Assembly: GCF_036365525.1 (NCBI RefSeq)
Contig: NC_090395.1
Span: forward strand, 65,497,326 to 65,561,325
Reading direction: 5' to 3'
DNA length: 64,000 nt
From: Heterodontus francisci
Lineage: Eukaryota
Positions 52,157 to 64,000 of this stretch are shown here, piece after piece. A model generated the notes under the pieces. That model made no database searches and had not been told where the DNA came from. It was given only the letters and a program-made list of their open reading frames with translations. Position 1 is the stretch's first letter, and each line of letters begins with the position of its first letter. Position numbers and translations under genes: made by a program.

Positions 52157-53425
52157 CTGAATAAAAGAGAAGAAATACAAAATCATTCAGAGGAAATGAA
52201 ACTGCTTTGTATTTGAAACATTTATCCCTTGTTTACACTGTAATCTTAGTATAGTGTACTAATGTGAAGCAGCAGAGCCAAGGGACTTTAGCTGGGAAAC
52301 TAACCTAGTGTTTGACTCATGGAGGAAAGACAACTTTGTGATCATTGGATCAGGATCAAATGAAGCAAAGTTCATGAACATATCCACAATGTATAGATGT
52401 AATGTGAGGCACAATTTTATTATTGGGGACTTTATTAAAGTGATTTGTCATCTGAGAGAAGCGTCATTGTCCGAGGCCGTGTAGCAGTGGTGAGATGTCT
52501 CCACAGGGAGTAAGGATTGTCAGAATAACATCATTCCACACTGCTCCTTTGCACCTTCTAACAGGTAATTGCTGAGCAGCTGGAACCGGACAGAGTTCCC
52601 TCCCTCTCATACAGCCATAAAGTCATAGAGTTATACAGCACAGAGACAGGCCCTTCGGCCCATCATGTCTGTGCCGGCCATCCTGTACCCAACTATTCTA
52701 ATCCCATATTCCTGCACTTGGCACGTAGCCTTGTATGCTGTGGCGTTTCAAGTGCTCATCTAAATACTTCTTAAATGTTGTGAGGAATCCTGCCTCCACC
52801 ACCTCTTCGGGCAGTGTGTTCCAGATTCCAACCACCCGCTGGGTGAAAACATTTTCCTCAAATCCCCTTACTAGCTTCTTAATTCCAGATTTATTAATTG
52901 GATTTAAATTCCACCATCTGCTGTGGTGGGATTCAAACCCATGTCCCCTGAGCATTAGCCCAGGGAGCTGTGTTGCCATTGTAGTGACATTAACACTACA
53001 CCACCACCTCCCCTCAGATTGGGAGCAATGAACAATGAAGAGGAAAATGACAGAGAATAAAACTTTTCTGTCAGTGTCACCCCAGAACAGATAAGGTTAA
53101 AGAAAACTGCATTCCTGGAGAGCGGCAGGTACAACTCCATGAGATTCGGTTAGTGGTGTAGTAACCAAGGTCAATATTGAATGCAACGCCACCTGAGGGC
53201 AGCAAACTGAAAACACTTTCTTGTTCTTATTTTTCAACAACATAAATATCACCTTCATTAGGAATTTCACACAACAGCATGAGGTGAAGCTAGCCACCAT
53301 TTCCATTCTGATGAATGATAATCTGAATTAGTAAATGACTGGAAGAGCTTATATTGAAACCCTTAATCATTTATTCTCATATGAAGGAAATGCGAATGAA
53401 AACACAAGCAATGAGAACTATGTAC

Positions 53426-53531
53426 CTTTTACTGACAGATATAGATGGATTATCAGTACTTTGACAACATGTAGTTGTTCTTGGTATTGTTCTTGACAAT
53501 GTTGAAGAACCTTCACAAGAATGTTCAGATC
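53426..53531 (-). CDS. Receptor gene B: stalk exon
   Basis: GSEHSCEGSSTLSRTIPRTTTCCQSTDNPSISVSK; acceptor ccccaacag, donor AG|GTACAT; 106 nt, phase 1-2; flanks homologous to gene A exon 4. Confidence 0.85.
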
Positions 53532-56348
53532 CTGTTGGGGTAAATGAATAACGTTCAGCTGCACTTGATTCTAAATTGTAGTCAACCAAGAGAGCACGAT
53601 TATCAAATAGAACCTCAGTACTTGAGGAAAGTTCTGGTTGATATCACGGATTTGGATGATCTAATTTCCCCCTCTCTGGTAGCAAGGAGAGATGCAGCAG
53701 ACACCTGGCAGTGGCTCATAGCTGAGAGTTGGTGGTACAGAGTTATTGTTGGGCAGTTCGAGTGCTCAGGATGGTGGGACCACAATCCAGATATCCCTTT
53801 TTTTTGCCACATGAAAGCACAAAGGAAAGTTCCAGCCAGAGAGCGGGCCGCTGCCACCAACAGAAAATATATTTCCAGCAGCCGAACAACCATGATTCTG
53901 CCTTGGTGAGACATCCTTGATGGAAAGGTACTTCAGCTGTGCATTGAATGCCGAGGGAAATATGAGACCAGCAATTACTGATGCTGTGAATAGTGGAGGA
54001 GCAGTTAAAAGTTGTATGGTATTTCTCTGTTAAAAGAATGTTTTTGTTAAAATAATAGACAGATGAATATTACCTGATCATAATAAACAGTCACCTGCTA
54101 ATATTGACAATGGTAATTTCCTGCCTCTTGGTGTTGGTTTTCTGAACTTGCTGTAGTGACAGGAAACCTCACCCACCAGCACTGGATATCACAAACTCCT
54201 GCCAGTGATTATCCATCTGTTTAATTACAATGATTCCTGTTGCTGTTGGGAGAGGCTCCCCACCTCCAGTGAGCACTCAGATCATTGGTTCAGGTATGTT
54301 TTCATAAAGAACTAGCAGAGACCCGCAAAACATTTGCAGTCAAATTAGTGTCTTTATTGTAGCAGTATTCTTTAAATACAGGATTTCTAGATATTCTTTC
54401 ATCAAAGACTAACAGAATCAAAACTTCTCGCTCTGGGAAAAGCTACGTGAAACTGTCCACATGTAAAAATAGGTCTAGGAATATAAATACAAATTTCATC
54501 AAAGATATATCCCTGTGATTTGTTTATAGTCAGAGAATATGAAAGTCTAATTGAGAACTGTTTTCTCCTAAGTTGAAAAGGCAGGTTTACATCTGATGGG
54601 CTCAATATTATTTGAGGAATAAACACTCTATTTCCTTCAAATCAGATAATTATAATTATAATGTTATAATTTCAGCATCTATGATTGAGGAAAACAGCTT
54701 CCTAACAATCCTGATCCATCATAAGTTACTTGTTTGGGATTCAAGTTTTGTAGCAACATAGACGCTGGGCTGAAAAGGTAGAGGAGCCCTGCCTCAGTCT
54801 TTCTGAGCACTGCCCCCGGCGCCATCTTTCATTCTTCCGGCAAATAAGTGCCCAGCACTGCAAACTCTTTAAAGATGGGGATTACGCCTCCAAGACCTGC
54901 CAGCCAATCAGAGGTCTGGCTGCTCAGCAGTATTGGCAGCACCACTGGGGGCACTAGTCAGTGCCGGTACTTTGGAGCTCTGAACCCAGGCCCAACACTG
55001 TAACCTCGGACCTTAGGTAAGTGAGGCGGGGTCGCCAGGGCTAATCTGGAAGGCCCCAACAGAGCGGGTGCGATGGTGCAGGGAGAGGAAGTCCCAGGGA
55101 GGGGGTTGATCTCTGGTGGGCATCTTCCATGCGCCATAGCTTGCACACAGAGGGGGGAACGCCCCCCCCCCCCCCCCCACCTAAGCCCAGAGGGAGGGTT
55201 CTTCCCCCATTGCTGAGGCAGCACCCATGCCAAAGCTGGTTAAATCTCAGCGGCAGAGGGAAGAGGCCCTTTAGTGGCCCATCCCATCCCCCATCCCACT
55301 GTTCTTCTCGTGCCATACCCATCCCCCATTCCATCCCCACCATGCCTCCCCTGACACAACCCTCACAAGCCTTCCGCGAATGTCACCCATGCTGTTCCCA
55401 CCTCTCCATGATGTAATGGAAAGATATAGGGCAACACTCCACCATTCCCCAGGAATGTGTGATATATAGATAGTTCAGCCTCAAAGATGGGTTCATGTTT
55501 CAAGTGGAAGTTTTGTTCTGGGCAGTTAAGCTACAATTTGCACGAGCAGAAAGGGACTGGTTGGTCCTTGAGTGGAGTCAAGATGAGTCTTAGCTGTGAT
55601 GCCCCAATGGTCAAAGTGCTTGTGGGTGATTGCTGTTCGGGTGCACATGTGAGGAATGGGCACATTGGTGAGCTGCTTGAAAGTCTGGTGCTGTTCTCTG
55701 GAGATAGAGAGTCAGCACCTTGTCTGGCCATATCCCAGGGAGAAAGACTGTCAGCACCTCACCTGATTGTACCCCAGGGAGAAAGGGAGTTCACACCTCG
55801 TCTGACCATAACCGAGGATCTTACCTTCTGCTGTTTATTTTCCTTGCAGTTAGCAAACACTTAACTGAAACAACATTTTTTCATATTTGTCTTATATCTC
55901 ATCCTGCTGAAAAAAAATCTAATTTCCATTATTCTCGTCCATCCCAGTTGAAAATGACGCCAAAAACTACACGTGCCCATGTGGACAACAGTCACATATC
56001 TTGCATTTTAATTTAATGCAATGAATGGAATTGTTTTTTTTTTAAAAATGAAGTTATCAGCCACTTCCATGAAATGGTGCAGAAAACTAGACCCAGGCAC
56101 CGTCCACCAAATAAACCCACCAAAAGACACACTCCTTATTGTAACATTCTATTGTAATGTTACGGTATCCTGATGTACTGAATGGAACAATTCTTAATCC
56201 ATTTTATAGAAACTACTTGCAGCAAAGGATGGAAGGTCCTAAACCAACAGACACACTGCAAAACAGTTCGAACAGATAAAAACTGCAAATTATTATTATT
56301 ATAGAATTGTTTCAAAATATAAGAAATTCTAATGAGGAGCTGCCACCA

Positions 56349-58320
<1,972 letters not shown>

Positions 58321-58736
58321 AATCTCTGCTGTCAGCTAACGCAAGTGATCCCAACTTACCTGATCAAAACATCTAACACTTCAGAATACCTCCAGCAGAT
58401 CACTTAACCTCTGATCTTATGCTTCTCTCCTCACAGCTAAAACCTCTCATCCTGGGTTTTGTATTAGATCAACTCTTCCACACTCTATCCCTGACATTCT
58501 TCCTAAACCAGAATACAACAGTTGGACTTTGCAGTTCGCAATATCATCTGCTAGAAATAGGCTTATTTGTTTATAATGACTCAGTCAATGAAATTCCATT
58601 TTAATTTCATGGAATAACTGGAGTTTCACACGTTTTGGGAATATTTCTCAGAGTGACTGAAGGAATTTAATCAGTTTAGATAGACATTCATTAAAAAAAT
58701 TAATTAACCATATTATTCTTCTAAAGTATCACTTAC

Positions 58737-59060
58737 CAATGCTGCTGATTTGTGTCACATAACTGCAGCTCTTCCTCGATATGTCGAAGACTGACACATT
58801 AACCATTTCACTGGATTTTTTCCCCTGATTATTCGAGGCTGTGCAATAATATTGATGATGTTGCTGTGTGAAGGATTGACAATGTAGATCCAGTTTATTG
58901 GTGTCAGCGATCTTTGAATCTTCAGACGGGGTCTTTTCATACCATGTGTACTGAATGGGAAGAGATCCCCGAACAGACTCACAGGAGATGGACACTGAGC
59001 CCCCAAAACATGAGACATTTGGTGGTGATAAAAATCTCAGTACAGGAACAAACACAGATT
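58737..59060 (-). CDS. Receptor gene B: C2-type Ig exon (paralog of gene A exon 3)
   Basis: 324 nt, same phases, acceptor tttcccacag, donor G|GTAAGT; 28 nt differences from the gene A exon by hand count. Confidence 0.92.
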
Positions 59061-59699
59061 CTGTGGGAAAGAAACACACATCCAGATAATGACTGAACAT
59101 CTAAAAATCAAATACTCTCTAATTTTCAACACTTCTGTATTTCTAGCAGGACCTACCATGTTGGAATCTCACCAGCACATGTACCTCTCCATATCTCTCC
59201 ATCCTCCGAGCAGCCTGAACTACCATGTCCACCATTGTATCAGAACATAGCAGGGCTGCAGATCAGGACAGCAGCAATGATACTGGGGATGTGTCAACAT
59301 GAAAATCAGGGCTAACAATTTCTCTTAGTAGCAGGTAGCCAGTCTCCAACTTTAATTAGTTGTTTGCGTCTCGAGCGTGAACTAGTTGGAGAGAGTCAAG
59401 ATAAACATAGCAGAATGAGGGCCAAAAATTGTCAGATATCTGTTACATGTTTTGTGGCTTAAGGTAGGGAGTGTAATTGTGATTGATTATCTGCAAGTGA
59501 AAAGGATCCTTTGGCCCCAATTAAGGAGAAGCAGTGAGGGAGTGTGTGTGCAGTTGGAAAGACATGGAAATACAAGATGACCATCAGTAGCAACAACAGC
59601 CTGCTGTGAGACCTGCAGGTGGTGAGCTGAGAGTGAAGCAGTAGAGGGGGGAAGCAGGAGAGAGGGGGGAGCAGGAGAGGGGAGCAGCAGAGTCATTGA

Positions 59700-61545
59700 T
59701 TTCACAGGAGGCATGACCCACCCAACAATGTTTACAGGCAGAGGCTCAGCCTCCTTGACCTCTCTGAAGAGCAGTGCTTCCAGGCGCTGAGGTTGTCATG
59801 TCAGGTGGTTTCAGACATCTGCAGCCTCCTTGGTAAAACTTGATTCCTCTGGACTTGGTGGCCACGTATTACCAATAGCTATGGAAGTGACCACTGACCT
59901 CAATGTTTGTGCCACCCATCCCTCCAGAGCGCTCCCTGTGACATATCCAGAATCCCCCAGTTAGCAGCATGCTAATGCATAAGACAGCACACTGGTGATT
60001 TGCTTGGCACAGCCAGTAGTTATGTCAATTTCGTCTATGATGACAGCAGTCAGTGAGCGGGTGCTCAGGTTTGCAATTCTGGCTGTCTTCCCACAGATGT
60101 AGGGCTTCATCGACTGCACACACGTGGCGATCTACATACCCCAGAGCAATCAGGATATTCCTCAACCGCAAGGTCTTCCACTCCATCAATCTGCTGTTGT
60201 GTGAAACCACAAGATAAAGCTTATGCAGGTGTCTACCAGATTCCCAGGAAGCTGCCATGATGCTTTCATCCAGTGACAGGCCAACTGCCTGACTTCCTTT
60301 GACCCACAAGCAGACTGAAGTGACAAAGGATACCCACTTCAAACTTGGCTGATGACACCCATGAGAAATCCACCTAATGAAGCAAGAGTGGTACATTGAA
60401 AGTTATATGACAACCAGATGGATCATTAAGCAAGTGATCAGGGCATTCAAAATGCGCTTGAGATGCTTGGACAGATCTGGAGGTGCCCTTCAGGACTCAC
60501 CAGCCAGGGTCTCCAGAATGGTCATGGTGCACTGGGTTCTGCACAACATTGTACATCAGTGAGGATTGGAGCTGGAAGAGGAACAAGGCAATGAGCACAC
60601 ATTGTCTACAGATGAATCTGAGACAGAGGAAGAAGAGTAAAGGTAAAATTGTCCGCAGGAACCAAGAATGGACAACACGGGAAAGTGGGACAAAGTAATA
60701 AATTTAACGCAACTCCAGTCAAGAATGGAAACATAACACGATAACAATTCCTCAAACAGTCATATGCATACCCTTGTGCAATTACAAAACATTACTCTTT
60801 CTTTTTCTCTCATACCTATGGGGTGCAACACGTGTGGCTTCAGAGGTAGAGACAGGTTGCTGAAATCCCTGCTCTTGGCTGATCACCCCTGGGTTTTGGA
60901 GTAGATGAGGACCCCACAAAAGACTGCTCTACATGCACCAGAGTAGACTCAGCCATTGTCAGGTACTGATTAGGGTGAGGGAGCAACAGGTGAGAAGTAG
61001 GAGCACTTTGGGGGGAGTTCCTACTTCCATATCCACATTTTTAATCCTCCTTCTCATGGCCCAGCCACACATCAGTCTTACCAGTCTGCTGGAGACCATC
61101 TCGGTGCAGATCAGTGATGGACTGTAAGCCCAAGTCCAAGGTGTCTGTCATCATTTTTAAGGTGCCAGATATGTTGGTTTCCATAGTCTGCAGAGCCATG
61201 GTCAAAGCCTGCATGGATTCATTTGATTGCCATTGTTAATGTTTGATGGTGTTGGCCACTCTCTCCATGGAAGGAGACATCCTTTCAATGTCCTGTGACA
61301 TCGATCCACTCATGCTTGAGGTGGGCTCCTCTATTCTCTCAGCAATCACAGACAGTGCACATGGAAGGCCTGTCAATATGTCACAGATTTTCTGCTGCCC
61401 CTCAATAATTACCAGGTGAAAACCTAACTGTTTGTTGAACTGGACCCATTGAAGTGCGATCTGTGCTGGTGCATGGTAAATATGAGTCGTGTCATGATGC
61501 ACCCTCAGAAGGAATCAACTCCTCTGAGGGTTTGTTGCCGTGAGG
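59700..61545 (+). mobile_element. Degraded PIF/Harbinger transposon (transposase +, ORF2 remnant -)
   Basis: IDCTHV motif (~60108) and TRWIIKQVIRAFKMRLRCLDRSGGALQDSP..LHNI, HARBI1-like. Confidence 0.8.
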
Positions 61546-62063
61546 TGGAGATGTGCGCTGATGATTGCATAGTGATCAGTTCCAGTTACAACTCTTTACA
61601 TGATAAAGCAGTCTGTGGCTGCATGCAGCAAGACCTGGGCAACATTCAACCTTAGACTGATAAGCAGCAAGTAACATTCACCCACACAAATGCAGGCAGT
61701 GACCATCTCCAACAACAGAAAGACTAACTACCTCACTTTGACATTCAACGGCATTACAGTCTTCGAATCCTCCACCATTTATATCCTGAAGTCCCCATTC
61801 ACCAATACTTAACTGAATCAGCCACACAAGTACTGTAACCACAAGGGCAGGTGAGGGGCTGGGTACTGTTTGGGGAGTGAGTCACTTCCTGACTGCCTGA
61901 AGCCTGTCCACAGGGCACATGTACACTTGCCTGGATGAGTGCAGCTCCAACACTCAAGAACCTCATTGCCATCCAAGATAAAGCAATCCATATGATTGGC
62001 ACCCCACCAACCACTAAAACATTCATTCCCTCCACCACCAGCGCACTGTGTCTACAGAGTGTA

Positions 62064-62415
62064 GCACAGTGGCGCAGTGGTTAGCACCGCAGCCTCACAG
62101 CTCCAGCGACCCGGGTTCAATTCTGGGTACTGCCTGTGTGGAGTTTGCAAGTTCTCCCTGTGTCTGCGTGGGTTTCCTCCGGGTGCTCCAGTTTCCTCCC
62201 ACAGCCAAAAGACTTGCAGGTTGATAGGTAAATTGGCCATTATAAATTGCCCCTAGTATAGGTAGGTGGTAGGGGAATATAGGAACAGGTGAGGATATGG
62301 TAGGAATATGGGATTAGTGTAGGATTAGTATAGATGGGTGGTTAATGGGCGGCACAGACTCGGTGGGCCGAAGGGCCTGTTTCAGTGCTGTATCTCTAAA
62401 TCTAAAATCTAAAAA
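62064..62415 (+). mobile_element. HE1-type V-SINE, full length
   Basis: A box TGGCGCAGTGG, B box GGTTCAATTC, V-domain ctgcgtgggtttcctccggg, CR1-like 3' tail (tctaaa)n. Confidence 0.88.
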
Positions 62416-62681
62416 AATCTACAAGTTGCATTGCAGCAACTCACCAAGGCTCCTTCGACAGCACTCCCCAAACCCGCGGGCTCTACCACTGCGAAGGACA
62501 AGGGCAGCAGGTACACAGGAACAACCTCAGCTCCAAGTTACACACCATCCTGAGTTGGAAATACATTGGTGTTTCTTCATTGCTGGGTGAAAATCCTGAA
62601 ACTCCCCACTGAACAACTCTCTGGGAGCCCCTCACCACATGGATTGCAGCAGTTCAAGATGGCAGCTCACCACCACCCTCT

Positions 62682-64000
62682 GTATTGCTAATTTGTGTAA
62701 TCTCTCCTCGTAACTTAACCCCTGTAGTCCAGGTATCATTCTTGTAAACCTACGTTGCACTCCCTCCAAGGCCAATATATCCTTCCTAAGGTGTGGTGGC
62801 CAGAACTGCTCACAGTACTCCAAGTGGGGTCTAACCAGGGTTTTGTACAGCTGCAGCATAACCTCTGTGTCTTTATACTCCAATCCTCTGGATATAAAAG
62901 CTAGCATTCCATTAGCCTTTTTGATTATTTTCTGCACTTGCTGGTAGCATTTTAAAGATCTATGCACCTGAACCCCCAAGTCTCTTTGGACATCCACTGT
63001 ACTTAACATCTTCCCATTTAGAAAGTACCCTGCTCTATCCTTTTTTGGTCCAAAATGGATAATCTCACACTTGCCCACATTGAAATCCATCTGCCACAGT
63101 TTTGCCCAATCACCTAGTCGGTCAATATCTCTTTGTAATTTTATGCTATCATTTAGACTGTCTACAATGCCGCCTAACTTTGTATCATCAGCAGATTTGG
63201 ATATATGACTTATTATGCCGTCATCCAAGTCGTTAATGAATAATATGAATAATTGAGGCCCCAAACCAGATCCCTGCGGGACACCACTAGTTACATCCTG
63301 CCAATCGGAATACTTACACATTATCCCCACTCTCTGTTGCCTATCACTCAACCAACTTTCTAACCATGTCAATAATTTGCCCTCAACTCCATGGGCCTCT
63401 ACCTTAGTTAACAGTCTCTTATGTGGGACTTTATCAAATGCCTTCTGGAAGTCCATATAAATAACATCCATAGACATTCCCCTGTCCACTACCTTAGTCA
63501 CCTCTTCAAAAAATTCAATGAGATTTGTCAGGCATGACCTTCCCGTCATGAATCCATGCTGGCTGTCCCTGATTAACTGAAATTTTTCTAGGTGTTCAGT
63601 CACCCTATCCTTGATTATAGACTCCAGCAACTTGCCCACCACAGATGTCAGGCTAACTGGTCTATAATTTCCTTGGTTCCCCCTTTCACCCTTCTTAAAA
63701 AGTGGAGTGACATGTGCAACTTTCCAATCCAGAGGGACCACTCCTGAATCTAGGGAACTCTGAAAGACTATAGTTAGGGCATCTACAATGTGCTCCCCTA
63801 CTTCCTTTAACACTCTCGGATGGAAACTGTCAGGTCCTGGGGATTTCTCACTCTTTAGTTCCATTAATTTCCTTGTTACTGATGATTACTTACATTAATT
63901 GTATTAAGTCCCTGTCCCCTATCGGCTATTAATTTTTTCGGGACTTCCGGCAAGTATCCTCCTTTTCAACTGTAAATACTGAGGCAAAGTAATTGTTCAA
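62682..64000 (-). mobile_element. CR1 RT region running off the window
   Basis: 410-aa ORF with NYRPVSL, GVPQG, SADD, RPHLEYC. Confidence 0.92.

Noticed and set aside
53615-53914. ORF in conserved intron as a decayed Ig exon
   Set aside because: No Ig Cys/Trp pattern, and the frame is not preserved in the gene A homolog (24070-24370)
62064-62135. tRNA gene
   Set aside because: tRNA-like head of a V-SINE that continues into SINE body and tail

Overview
Vertebrate genomic DNA, most likely an elasmobranch (shark), judged from HE1-type V-SINE, Deu-domain SINEs and dense CR1/Penelope content; most of the window is transposon-derived. The host content is two tandem minus-strand Ig-superfamily receptor genes of the CD300/pIgR-like (MDIR-like) type, which I assembled by hand from splice sites and phases. 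Gene A is complete (7 coding exons, 40817->6350, 417 aa: leader, V, C2, stalk, neutral TM, tail with four tyrosine motifs) and looks inhibitory. Gene B is partial (C2, stalk and TM exons, 59060->52075; leader and V exons lie beyond the window) and has an Arg-containing TM with no tail, so it looks activating. Together they form a paired-receptor locus. Inside an intron of gene B lies a decayed Gypsy-type LTR element whose RT/RNaseH/integrase region is replaced by a captured MYC-family fragment (MYC box IV + bHLH-LZ) fused in frame to the protease, an architecture like that of gag-myc transducing retroviruses. Repeat family names come from recognised motifs, not database searches, and repeat boundaries are approximate.
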